Both the position numbers and the translations under genes were made by a program. The notes under the pieces were generated by a model, which saw only the letters and a list, made by a program, of their open reading frames with translations, had not been told where the DNA came from and did no database searches. From a virus: a stretch of DNA of 64,000 bases. Below are positions 1 through 10,011 of the stretch, piece after piece; within the stretch, counting starts at the first letter, position 1, and each line of letters begins with the position of its first letter. The stretch lies in the UHGV virus genome UHGV-0010228. One strand, 5' to 3'.

Positions 1-1
1 T

Positions 2-502
2 CAATCTAATATAACTAGTGATGATTTTAATACTGTATATTATGCTAATGGTATATGGGTAGCTTGTAGTTATAGTAGTAATGTTATTTATTATTCTACA
101 GATGGTAAAGTATGGTATGAAGCTGATACTAGTGGGTTTGTAATATCTAAAAATCCTAATAGTATTTATAGATCATGCTTAATAGAATCTGATGCTGATG
201 TAGAAATCTATAAATATAACTCTGCAAATCGTGACCTTCTTGGAGAAGTAAAAAGAATATCGCTTCGTGAAAATGGGGATATTATCAATAACTATAAACC
301 AGAAAACACAATAACATATTCAGGTACAAAATTTGTACTAGATAGAACTGAATTATATGATGATGACTTATATGTAAATGGTTCTTATAAACTTATAGTT
401 TGGTATAAGCAAGCGATTGATGAGCCATCACAACCATCACCCGGTGATGATCCTAGTGATAAAGATAAAACCATATACAATTCAGCGTTTTATCATTTTT
501 AA
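2..502 (+). CDS. 5'-truncated CDS; C-terminus of a BNR/Asp-box repeat structural protein, paralog of the downstream giant protein
   Basis: Frame 2 is open from the window edge to TAA at 500-502. Translation contains YYSTDGKVWYE, the same Asp-box motif that recurs in the 797..7300 product. Confidence 0.55.
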   Translation, partial: QSNITSDDFNTVYYANGIWVACSYSSNVIYYSTDGKVWYEADTSGFVISKNPNSIYRSCLIESDADVEIYKYNSANRDLLGEVKRISLRENGDIINNYKPENTITYSGTKFVLDRTELYDDDLYVNGSYKLIVWYKQAIDEPSQPSPGDDPSDKDKTIYNSAFYHF

Positions 503-516
503 AAAAGAAAGATGAG

Positions 517-777
517 GTGAATAATGATATGGCACGTAAAGTTGGAAATATGATCATTAAAAATAATGAAGGTATAACTTTAACTAAAAATTTAACTGCA
601 GGTAGTACATCTTTAGTATTTGAAGATGGGTATATCGGAGTAAACTCAAAAATATCCATATATACAAATAAATATGGATATGGCCCTTCTAATGTAGTTA
701 GTGAAGCAGGTAAAATTACTATGACATTCAGTAAGCTCACAGAAGATCTTGGAGTTATGGTAGAAATTCGAAATTAA
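517..777 (+). CDS. hypothetical small protein (86 aa), likely structural-module gene
   Basis: GAGGTG Shine-Dalgarno 6-8 nt upstream of the ATG. Sits between two structural genes on the same strand. Confidence 0.5.
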   Translation: MNNDMARKVGNMIIKNNEGITLTKNLTAGSTSLVFEDGYIGVNSKISIYTNKYGYGPSNVVSEAGKITMTFSKLTEDLGVMVEIRN

Positions 778-796
778 CATGTGAGGTGAAAGATAT

Positions 797-3700
797 ATGA
801 GTGATGCTTTAAAAAACATTGCAATTCAAGCAGAAGGTTTAATCAGTAAAGTAACCAATAGTATATCTAAATATAAAACCGGGATTACCAATCTCGGATT
901 AAGTAAAGATAGTTCTAAAGATAATAAATTATCTACAGTAATTAATGACTTAGAATCAGGAACTATTGCCCATGCACTTCCATCACCTAATCCAGTATCT
1001 AATGATATGATGAGATATTCGATGGAATTTTATGACCAAAAAAATCCAAATGCATCTATTGCTATAGGTACAAATAATGCATTTAGATTGGGTATTGATT
1101 TTAGAGTATTTAAATATAATTTTTTAGAAAAAATAGAATCCGCAACTTGGGTTCTTAGTGAAAATGATGCAAAAAATGGATATATTTATTGTATATCTGA
1201 AGGTAAACTATATAAGATTACGATATTTAAAGATCGAGCTCCAGATGTAATGGAGCTCGTAATGGGTAAATATACCTTAAAAGGCAGAATTATTCAGTGG
1301 GCAGATGATAATCATCCTAGTAGTAAATTATACCTAGGATTAGTAACTGACAAAAACTTATTAATTGTATTCGATACAACAACTGGAGTGATTGAAGAGT
1401 TAGCAACTCAGCCATCCAGTGAATATATTAGTTATTTAGCTCAGCCATATCCAATAATATCAACACCGTTATCAGATACTGCAATGTTACATGTGTTTGT
1501 ATATAAAGATGCATCTGGCATTTTAAAACTTGGTAGAACTACTGAGACTTTTAGAAATATAACAACCGAAAACTACACTGCATCAAATATTGGATTATAT
1601 TCAATAAATAATATTATTTATTTCTCAATATTAAATAATAATACTACAGAGTTATATACATTTAATAGAACGAATATTGTTCAGCTTGGTAACTATGCAA
1701 ATTCTAATAAATCTATGTATTGGGTAAATAATATCGCATATGGTATAAATGGAACTTCATTGTTTTCATCTACATCCAATACATTTACAAATTTAGGTGG
1801 ATTAAGAGTTGCTAACGATAAATTCGATTTATTTACAATGGTAAATGACCAAATTATTATTGTTGATAAGAGCGGTATTTATTTATCAGGAGATACAAAT
1901 CATCTATCAAATAATCCAACATTATCATATTATGAGATATTAGGATCTAATATTCATATAAATTCAAATAAGAATTATATTGCAATAAATTCTGCAGTTA
2001 AACCATCAATTATAGACAATTATTTTGTAAGTATGATGTATTTAGTTCGTAAGGACGATCCTAATCAATATATATTATACTATAATCCGCTTGATTATGA
2101 AAATATGGGATTAGATGTTAATTTATATATTAGAATTAAAATTAACGGCGAATATAAATTATCTACATATAAAATAAATAATTATGATTATGAATCAACA
2201 TATAATGAAATAACCGAATTTAATCCTTTAGATTCATTGAATGTCATAATTCCGTTAGTTGATGTTAGTCCATATTTAGATTCATTTTCATCAACTGAAA
2301 AAATATATGATATGTGGTGCACATATTCTAATTATAATATAGATTCGTTATATTCAGATATTAATAAAATGGTTATTAATAAGAATTTGCCAGTAAAATC
2401 AAAAGGTGCAACGTCATTTGGTCTCGATGTTACCAGTGGTAACTATTATGAATGGTATAAGCAAATTCGGGGTAATAATGGCAGTATTGGCAGTGCCACA
2501 ATTGATGAATTAAATGGTGAAATTATTCGAATTCTATATGATACTTCTAGATCATTATACTATGCTGTTGGATATAAAAATGATGATGATGGACATTCAA
2601 ATCCATTATTAATTATATATAATGAAAGCGATGATGATAATGGGTGGCAGGAAGTAAAATGGGACGAAAATGATGATGAAATAACATTTTATTCAGCAAC
2701 CAATTTAGAAGGTGAATTATATGATGTATCATGGCAAAGTAATTCACTATTCTGTGTTGGAATATATTATCCAAATTCAAATTCACCAACAGGTTCGTTA
2801 TATATCAGATATGAATTTGACTCTTCAGGTAATTGTAGTAGAAAATACTATATGACTGATTTAATAGATCGAAATCCTGAAAATGTAGATGGAAAATCTA
2901 TAATTAAAACTGGTAATATATTTTTATCATCAATTGATAATATTGATAAAATATATAATAAAATCCCAGGTAAGTATATCAAATCATCAGTTTATGCTAA
3001 TGGTATGGGATTATATGATATATGTGCAAATGATAGTGTATATGTTGCAAGTATTGCAACATCTGCAGCAGCAAATAGTTATCCAGAAAGTTATTACAGT
3101 TATGGTGTAATTCCCCCAATCTCAAGAATATTAGGAATGGGATTACTGTATTCATCTAATGGAATAGATTGGTATCCTTCAAGCATTCAAGCCGGTTTGT
3201 ATCGATCAATCGCAACTGATGGTAAAAATTTTATTGCAGTACCATTCTACAATAAGGATACAACTAAATATAAATTGAAATTCTCAACTGATGGAAAGTA
3301 TTGGAGTGATTTATCAACCACCCCGGATGAAAAATGTACAACAATTTATTATCAAAACAATAGATGGGTTCTTAGAACTGATTCTGGTATATGGTATAAA
3401 ACGGGTTCTATAACCTCAGGTAGTTGGACTAAAGGGACAACTCGTGGTGGAGATTTATATTTCTTAAATAATCGATGGTATCTTATGAATGAATCTGATG
3501 GTGGATCATTATGTTATTCAGAAAATTTATCATCATGGACAGTAATTAAATCATCGAACGCTTATTATACAGACATGGCATATGGTAATGGCATATATGT
3601 TGCAACAACAAATTTATCAGGTTCATCTTCTCCATTTCTATATTCATCAGATGGCATATCATGGTCATATTCAAATTTAGCACAACCTTCGTCATATCAT

Positions 3701-6700
3701 AGTCTTGGAATGAGTGTTGGCTATGGAAATAATATGTTTGTTGCTGCTACAGATAGCTCAATGTATTATTCTACAAACGGAGCCGATTGGACAGCGTGTG
3801 ATGGTAATGGGATAGGACCTGCAACTCAAATCATATATTGTGATGGAGAATGGCTTGCTACTAATTTTAGTAATAGTGGAAGTTATCATTCACTTAGGAA
3901 TTCACATGATGGAAAATGGTGGAATGCGAACATGTATGATGAGGGAGACGATATAGATCAGCATGGTAGATGGATATCTGCTAAGATTTGTAATGGTAAA
4001 TTCTATGGTTTATATGGCAGTGATATGTTTTATAACTGTCATCCAGAATATGCAGTTCCTCCCGAAGGAAATTATCAGTATGCTCTTAAAATTCACAATA
4101 ACGAATTAGTGAAATGCTTTAAAGACTTTACTATAACATGTAATAATAAAGATTACAAATATCAAATTGCAATGACTAAATATAATTTATATTATGAATA
4201 TAATAATGGAATTTCATATTCATCATTTGCTAATGGGCTTGAATTTGAACAAATGGACATTGATTATGAATATAAAACATTAATAGCAGTTGGAGCTTCA
4301 TATAATTATGATAGTACCGAAAAACATGGTGGGGTTGTCGTATGTGTAGGAAATCAAAAGAATGATAATAATCCTCAAGGCCCATGGTATGAAACATCAC
4401 TCTGCAATGAAGATTATTATAAGAAATTTGATAAACCTTTATTATCTGTTAAATGCGTAAATCATCTTTGGGTATTTGGTAGTAATGGTAAAGGATTAGC
4501 ATATTTTGAAGAAATTGAGGAATTAACTGATCAGAAAAATCTCACATTAACGCAATCAAATATTACAGAGGGTGTATTTAAAACTATTGATTACCGTGAT
4601 GGATTATGGGTTGCTGGTAGAAATGATAGTCCTGGCGGGGTATATTATTCTACGGATGGTAAATCATGGACTGCACCATCTGTAACATCGATGTGTGTCA
4701 ACGACATAACTCATTCTGATAAATATTTCGTTGCAGCATGTGAGTTTGGTATTAATCCACCTTCTAAAGCTCCAATTGCATATTCACAAGATGGAAAATT
4801 ATGGAATTTTATTAACCGAAATGATATGTTAACAAAATTAGGCGATGGTAGTCTTAATCATATAGATTGTGATAAAGTATTTAGTTATGGTGATTACGTT
4901 ATTGCTTCTCCTGAATATACTGGAATGAATTATGTATCTGAAAATGGATATCAATGGTATTATACGAACGTATATATTGGGTTTTCTGATGTAATATCTA
5001 ATGGTACTGTAGTTATAGGAATTGGTGGGCAGAATTATCATGGAATTTATTTTTCATCATCCGACTATATAGCATCAAAAATTTCATCATCTAATTATTC
5101 TATAGGATGTTTTTATAGCTCAAAATTTTCATCTATAAATTTCTCTGCAGGTTGTTATGGTGGCAATCTATGGCTACTGGGTAGCGGCTCAAATATATAT
5201 TATTCAACAGAAGCACAGCCTGATAGTGAGAGTGATTGGACGACAAAAACTGCACATAGTGCTCTTACAAACATTTATAAATTATATTGGTATAATAATA
5301 TATATCTTGCATCAGATGAATCAAAGGGTATATTCTATTCTGTAGATGGTAAAACTTCGTGGACATGGAGTAATGTTACTCAAGGAAAATATAAATTCAT
5401 GTATTCTTTAATAGGTCAATATCATTATGCATATAATGACGATGTAAGAAATACTGGTTTATACTATTCGTCGGATGGTAAGTCATGGACAAAAAATCCT
5501 TCAATTGTAGATGTATATGCAATATCTAATGGAATAGCTAATGATGTAGTTGGTGCTTTCAGATATGGCACAAATGCATATTCCACATTAGGGATATATC
5601 ATTCAACTGATGGCAAAAATTGGTTTAAATATAATAATGGTAAAATTAAAAAAGATTCGAATAGAATATTGATTAAAAAACTCAATGATGTTATCGTTAA
5701 CATCGGTGATGGATATATACAATATATGACAAAAAGTAATACTGATTGGAAAGATGCAATTGTGAACTCTGGAGTAGGTGATTTATCAAATATGATATTC
5801 ACTGATATAGAAGCTCATAATGATGTATTTGTGTTAGTAGGTAAGGCTGACAAATCTAAAGATTCAAGTGGAAATCAGGTAATATTAGTATCTAGAGATG
5901 GTATCAATTGGTCTGATGATAAAATTTATTTCGTAGCAAATTCATCATTGGCTGGAGTAGAATATGTTGATGGAAAATTCATAGCAACCAGTGAAGGAGG
6001 ATCCACTTACACCAATAGTTATGGAATATACTACTCAATCAATGCTAGCGAATGGAAGTCGGCACTTTCTACATCGTATCTTGACTCAAATTATAGATTC
6101 AGTAAACCCGTTAAGATTAATGATTACTGGTATACTACAAAATATAATCCAGATACCTACAATCAATATTCAACAAACACTGTTTATTATAGCAAAGATT
6201 TAACAAAATTTAATACTACAGAAACAAATGCTGCACCTATATCAGTATATGATGATACTGAAAATAATCAGTATATTGTAGGATATTCAGATGGTACTAT
6301 ACGATATACCGAAGAGTCGGTAGAAGAGTATATCGATTCTGACTATATATTAATATCTGGATATTTTGAAGGTGGATTATCAACTGATGTATATAATAAA
6401 AAATATATTCCATTTACATATATAATTAATGGATCAAATCTTGAACTTGATGATATTACATTAGATGATGCTAAGAGAATTATTAATTATGATTTTGATA
6501 ATTATTCTTCTGGATATAATTTAGAAGTAATATCATTATCAGGTAGTAAAACTCCTTATAATTATACAGGATATGATTCATTACCAATGACCAAATATTC
6601 ATTCATGACTCTTCAATATCAATACTATGAATTAGATAATAAGATTGGATGGTTCCCTAAAATATTATTATATGATAATGAATTCAATTGTGAAGAAGTT

Positions 6701-7300
6701 GATTTATATAATTTTATTTTAACAGATTTATTAGGTAAAATCCATTTAGATATTAAAGCGATTATAGTTTATGCTGAATCAAACTCTCCAATCCCGATCG
6801 ATGCTGATGTTGTAGGTTCTTATATATCTGAAAATGGAAAATTTGCTATGAAATTTCATCAGATAATATCATCAGACTTAGTTACGCATTTATATGGTAG
6901 TAATACGTGGGTGGAATATCCAGCTAACGGTGGGCATCACAATACAATGTATTATGATATATTCTATGAACCAGCAGGAGGTACAACTTATCCTTGTATT
7001 GTTGATAATATTGATAAAATCGAAAAGATGTTTGGTGGTATTGAACCTAAGTATTTAAATAGGTATTATTTTGATTATGATGCTTCAGTACCTAGCAGTG
7101 GTAAATTGAGTTCTATTGAAATGAATTCTCAATTTGAAGGTGAATTTTACTTACCACCGGTATTGGTATATGAGGGATATAATTATAATGATTATATAAT
7201 ACCAGCTAGTGATAATATAGAAAAGAATAGATATTTTGTTAGAATTTATAATAACTATGAACGTGTTGATAGTGAAATTATGACTATTACACTAAAATAA
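797..7300 (+). CDS. giant (2167 aa) BNR/Asp-box repeat protein; putative tail fiber/receptor-binding or glycan-degrading virion protein
   Basis: GAGGTG RBS. At least 10 S-x-D-x-G-x-(T/S)-W motifs (YSTDGKSWT, YSSDGISWS, YSTNGADWT, FSTDGKYWS, YSQDGKLWN, YSSDGKSWT, HSTDGKNWF, VSRDGINWS and others), typical of sialidase-like beta-propellers. N/S/T/Y-rich beta-type composition. Terminator hairpin directly after the stop. Confidence 0.85.
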   Translation: MSDALKNIAIQAEGLISKVTNSISKYKTGITNLGLSKDSSKDNKLSTVINDLESGTIAHALPSPNPVSNDMMRYSMEFYDQKNPNASIAIGTNNAFRLGIDFRVFKYNFLEKIESATWVLSENDAKNGYIYCISEGKLYKITIFKDRAPDVMELVMGKYTLKGRIIQWADDNHPSSKLYLGLVTDKNLLIVFDTTTGVIEELATQPSSEYISYLAQPYPIISTPLSDTAMLHVFVYKDASGILKLGRTTETFRNITTENYTASNIGLYSINNIIYFSILNNNTTELYTFNRTNIVQLGNYANSNKSMYWVNNIAYGINGTSLFSSTSNTFTNLGGLRVANDKFDLFTMVNDQIIIVDKSGIYLSGDTNHLSNNPTLSYYEILGSNIHINSNKNYIAINSAVKPSIIDNYFVSMMYLVRKDDPNQYILYYNPLDYENMGLDVNLYIRIKINGEYKLSTYKINNYDYESTYNEITEFNPLDSLNVIIPLVDVSPYLDSFSSTEKIYDMWCTYSNYNIDSLYSDINKMVINKNLPVKSKGATSFGLDVTSGNYYEWYKQIRGNNGSIGSATIDELNGEIIRILYDTSRSLYYAVGYKNDDDGHSNPLLIIYNESDDDNGWQEVKWDENDDEITFYSATNLEGELYDVSWQSNSLFCVGIYYPNSNSPTGSLYIRYEFDSSGNCSRKYYMTDLIDRNPENVDGKSIIKTGNIFLSSIDNIDKIYNKIPGKYIKSSVYANGMGLYDICANDSVYVASIATSAAANSYPESYYSYGVIPPISRILGMGLLYSSNGIDWYPSSIQAGLYRSIATDGKNFIAVPFYNKDTTKYKLKFSTDGKYWSDLSTTPDEKCTTIYYQNNRWVLRTDSGIWYKTGSITSGSWTKGTTRGGDLYFLNNRWYLMNESDGGSLCYSENLSSWTVIKSSNAYYTDMAYGNGIYVATTNLSGSSSPFLYSSDGISWSYSNLAQPSSYHSLGMSVGYGNNMFVAATDSSMYYSTNGADWTACDGNGIGPATQIIYCDGEWLATNFSNSGSYHSLRNSHDGKWWNANMYDEGDDIDQHGRWISAKICNGKFYGLYGSDMFYNCHPEYAVPPEGNYQYALKIHNNELVKCFKDFTITCNNKDYKYQIAMTKYNLYYEYNNGISYSSFANGLEFEQMDIDYEYKTLIAVGASYNYDSTEKHGGVVVCVGNQKNDNNPQGPWYETSLCNEDYYKKFDKPLLSVKCVNHLWVFGSNGKGLAYFEEIEELTDQKNLTLTQSNITEGVFKTIDYRDGLWVAGRNDSPGGVYYSTDGKSWTAPSVTSMCVNDITHSDKYFVAACEFGINPPSKAPIAYSQDGKLWNFINRNDMLTKLGDGSLNHIDCDKVFSYGDYVIASPEYTGMNYVSENGYQWYYTNVYIGFSDVISNGTVVIGIGGQNYHGIYFSSSDYIASKISSSNYSIGCFYSSKFSSINFSAGCYGGNLWLLGSGSNIYYSTEAQPDSESDWTTKTAHSALTNIYKLYWYNNIYLASDESKGIFYSVDGKTSWTWSNVTQGKYKFMYSLIGQYHYAYNDDVRNTGLYYSSDGKSWTKNPSIVDVYAISNGIANDVVGAFRYGTNAYSTLGIYHSTDGKNWFKYNNGKIKKDSNRILIKKLNDVIVNIGDGYIQYMTKSNTDWKDAIVNSGVGDLSNMIFTDIEAHNDVFVLVGKADKSKDSSGNQVILVSRDGINWSDDKIYFVANSSLAGVEYVDGKFIATSEGGSTYTNSYGIYYSINASEWKSALSTSYLDSNYRFSKPVKINDYWYTTKYNPDTYNQYSTNTVYYSKDLTKFNTTETNAAPISVYDDTENNQYIVGYSDGTIRYTEESVEEYIDSDYILISGYFEGGLSTDVYNKKYIPFTYIINGSNLELDDITLDDAKRIINYDFDNYSSGYNLEVISLSGSKTPYNYTGYDSLPMTKYSFMTLQYQYYELDNKIGWFPKILLYDNEFNCEEVDLYNFILTDLLGKIHLDIKAIIVYAESNSPIPIDADVVGSYISENGKFAMKFHQIISSDLVTHLYGSNTWVEYPANGGHHNTMYYDIFYEPAGGTTYPCIVDNIDKIEKMFGGIEPKYLNRYYFDYDASVPSSGKLSSIEMNSQFEGEFYLPPVLVYEGYNYNDYIIPASDNIEKNRYFVRIYNNYERVDSEIMTITLK

Positions 7301-7310
7301 ATAAAAAATA

Positions 7311-7337
7311 AAAGAGTATGATAATATCATACTCTTT
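7311..7337. terminator. bidirectional intrinsic terminator between convergent genes
   Basis: aaagagtatgat-aat-atcatactcttt perfect stem flanked by A/T runs. Confidence 0.7.
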
Positions 7338-8374
7338 TATTTAATTTGTAAAATAGAATCTTTAATCCTATCTCTTGGTACGCCATAATCTTTTTCATTT
7401 GGATAGATATTTCTATGAATATATATATGATCAAACCAGATCTTATTATATTTACTTAATAAATATCTCTCATGCTCTTCATTGCTCTTATCATTATCTG
7501 AATATATATGAATATTCAGATTGGTATTAATACCTACGTTTAATAAATATCTCAATATTGTATTATACGAAAATCCACAACATGCATAATATAAATTATT
7601 ATCGTTATTACAATTACACACATTCTCATATATAGATATTATATCAAATGTACCTTCAGCTATATGTATATTCATATCTGAAGTATATAATAAATCAAAA
7701 CTATTAGGTATCATATAGAAGTTATTAGGCGATATATTATAGGGGTCTAAATTAAGTTTTATATAACGATTATAATCAGGATTATTCTTTACACATCTCC
7801 AGGTAATTTTACAATTATTATTAGATAAGAATCCAACATAATTTGAATTAATAAAACTTAAAAACTTTGACGATACATTTGGAATTTCATCTATAGAATT
7901 TGCTTTCATAAAATCATATATATCAAATACAACTTTTAAATCCCTCAATTCTTCATATGATAAATATAATCCTAATCTACTATTAATATATTCTTTTTTG
8001 AAATTTAATCTATTATCAGTTGCTAACGGAACTATATATTTCTTATTTCGAATATTCATAAATGGGTTATTTTGAGTTGAATTCTTATTTGATATATTTA
8101 AATTCTTAGCGAAATCACTATCAACTTTACAACCAATATCATCTAGAACATCTGGTGTTAATATTCCACTAGATGGACATTTAAAACATCTATAGAGCAT
8201 TGGTCCATCAGAATTAACGTCTATTTTTATAGAGAAATGCCCATGGTCTGGGTTTTTTGAATCTCCACAGTATGGGCACCTAACAGTCCATTGTGTTTCT
8301 TGAGAATTTGGTATGCATACAGGTAGTGTTTTTATATATCTAATTACTTCTCTCTTTACTTCTTGATTAGTCAT
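7337..8374 (-). CDS. DnaG-type DNA primase (zinc-ribbon + TOPRIM)
   Basis: CPYCGDSKNPDHGH...YRCFKCPSSG matches the DnaG zinc-binding domain (CPFH...yHCFGCG). IHIAEGTFDI and IYSDNDKSNEE match the TOPRIM E and DxD motifs. AGGAGG RBS. Confidence 0.8.
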   Translation of the reverse strand: MTNQEVKREVIRYIKTLPVCIPNSQETQWTVRCPYCGDSKNPDHGHFSIKIDVNSDGPMLYRCFKCPSSGILTPDVLDDIGCKVDSDFAKNLNISNKNSTQNNPFMNIRNKKYIVPLATDNRLNFKKEYINSRLGLYLSYEELRDLKVVFDIYDFMKANSIDEIPNVSSKFLSFINSNYVGFLSNNNCKITWRCVKNNPDYNRYIKLNLDPYNISPNNFYMIPNSFDLLYTSDMNIHIAEGTFDIISIYENVCNCNNDNNLYYACCGFSYNTILRYLLNVGINTNLNIHIYSDNDKSNEEHERYLLSKYNKIWFDHIYIHRNIYPNEKDYGVPRDRIKDSILQIK

Positions 8375-8395
8375 TTACTTTTCCTCCTATTCATA

Positions 8396-8450
8396 TTTAT
8401 AATATATTACTGATTTTTTCTTTGGTCTTAAATCAGTAATATATTATAAA
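8396..8450. promoter_or_regulatory. perfect 21-bp inverted repeat (13-nt spacer) in the divergent intergenic region between the primase and RNAP beta-prime-fragment genes
   Basis: tttataatatattactgattt (8396-8416) is the exact reverse complement of 8430-8450. Located between the two divergent start codons. Confidence 0.5.
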
Positions 8451-8499
8451 CATGTAGGTATAAAATATACTCAAGGTTTTATTTAAGGAGGTTAAATAG

Positions 8500-9990
8500 A
8501 TGAGTACAAAAAATTATAATCCAATTACCGATTCATTGTTAACTGGAGCAAGAATCACAAAGATCCCTTTAGATCTTGATTGCTGGAATGATTTTCAAAC
8601 TGGTAAGGGAATCAGATTAACTTCAGTTGAAAGTTTTGATAAAAAGAATGAAAAGATTGAAAATGGTCTTCAGTCAGAATTCTTTGGTACAGATTTCGCT
8701 GACGATGAAGCATTTAAAGAAAGATTTAGATGCAAATGTGGTAAATATATAGGATCATCATATCGAGGAATGATATGTGAAAAATGTCAGTCTGAAGTTG
8801 AATATGTTGATATTGATCTTGAAAAGTTTGGATGGATCGTGATGGATCATTTTGTTGTAATAGCTCCTGTATATTATGCTAAGCTTATTGATGCATTAGG
8901 CAAAGTTGATGGTGAACCTGTAATCAATCATATTCTTACAGTAAAATATGATGATACTGATAATGTTGAATATACTGATAAAGAATTGAAGATGTTAAAA
9001 AATCACCCTTACATTAAAAAAGGAATGATTTGGTTTCATGATCATTATAAAGAAGTACTTGAGTATTATATGCGTCAGAAATCAGATAAAAAGACGGCTT
9101 TATTTGAAGAATTAATCAATGAAGTAGATTGCGTATTTACTCATTGTATTCCAGTATTTTCATCAGTATTAAGAACTGAAATGCCTAATGGAGAAAAAGG
9201 ATCTAAATCTTATAAATTAAAGATCAATACTATATATAAATCAATCATTAAACTTTCTAATGCAATAAATAAAACTAATGTTACAGATATGGACGATCAT
9301 GTAATTAATTCTGTAAATATAAAATTAGCTGCAGTGCAGAAAGAGATTGGCGTATTATTTGAAGAAATAGTAAAGACTATGACTTCAAAGACTGGAATAA
9401 TTAATGGTAAAGTATTGGGCGGACGATATAATTTCTCTAGTAGACAGATAATAGTTCCAGCATCAGGTAGAATAAGATCAGATGAAATAGAAATGGGATA
9501 TTTACCATTTCTGGAATTATATAGATACGAAATCATTAACTATTATGCAAAGATCAATAATTGTACTATACAAGAAGCTAGTTATGTATGGAAAAAAGCA
9601 ACCAATCATTTTGATCCAACTATATTTAAAATAATGGAATACATGGTTTCATCTTCAAAGTATAATAAATTTATGTGGGTTATATTAAACAGAAATCCTA
9701 GCATTAATTATGGATCATTTATTTCAGTACGAGTTGCAAGGGTTAAACCTGGATTAAATGATAAAACATTAGGAGTATCTCCACAGGTTATTATACCTAT
9801 GAACGCAGACTTTGATGGTGATGTGTTAAATGTTTATAGAATAGTCGGTGCAGATATGGCTAAAGATATAAGTAAGAATCTTAGGCCTAGTACAAACTTA
9901 TTTGTATCAAGAATGACAGGTAAAGCTAATACTGAAACTCTTCCTAATAAAGAAGAGATAACCTCATTCTGGGCATTTAATAATATCTAA
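8500..9990 (+). CDS. multisubunit RNA polymerase beta-prime subunit, N-terminal fragment (phage-encoded split RNAP)
   Basis: NADFDGD catalytic Mg-binding motif (IIPMNADFDGDVLNVYRI). N-terminal Cys cluster CKCG...CEKC (beta-prime zinc-binding element). RQIIVPASG resembles beta-prime region C. AGGAGG RBS. Confidence 0.85.
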   Translation: MSTKNYNPITDSLLTGARITKIPLDLDCWNDFQTGKGIRLTSVESFDKKNEKIENGLQSEFFGTDFADDEAFKERFRCKCGKYIGSSYRGMICEKCQSEVEYVDIDLEKFGWIVMDHFVVIAPVYYAKLIDALGKVDGEPVINHILTVKYDDTDNVEYTDKELKMLKNHPYIKKGMIWFHDHYKEVLEYYMRQKSDKKTALFEELINEVDCVFTHCIPVFSSVLRTEMPNGEKGSKSYKLKINTIYKSIIKLSNAINKTNVTDMDDHVINSVNIKLAAVQKEIGVLFEEIVKTMTSKTGIINGKVLGGRYNFSSRQIIVPASGRIRSDEIEMGYLPFLELYRYEIINYYAKINNCTIQEASYVWKKATNHFDPTIFKIMEYMVSSSKYNKFMWVILNRNPSINYGSFISVRVARVKPGLNDKTLGVSPQVIIPMNADFDGDVLNVYRIVGADMAKDISKNLRPSTNLFVSRMTGKANTETLPNKEEITSFWAFNNI

Positions 9991-10011
9991 ATTATATGGG
10001 AGGATAAAAAT

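Noticed and set aside
453-740. 95-aa minus-strand ORF overlapping the 517..777 plus-strand gene
   Set aside because: Antisense to a better-supported RBS-preceded ORF in a plus-strand structural block. Hydrophobic, low-complexity translation typical of AT-rich antisense frames.
4838-6203. Small ORFs (4838..5041, 5157..5345, 5599..5802, 5991..6203) inside the giant 797..7300 gene
   Set aside because: All lie within or antisense to a continuous 2167-codon ORF with a conserved repeat structure. I/Y/N-rich translations consistent with spurious AT-rich frames.
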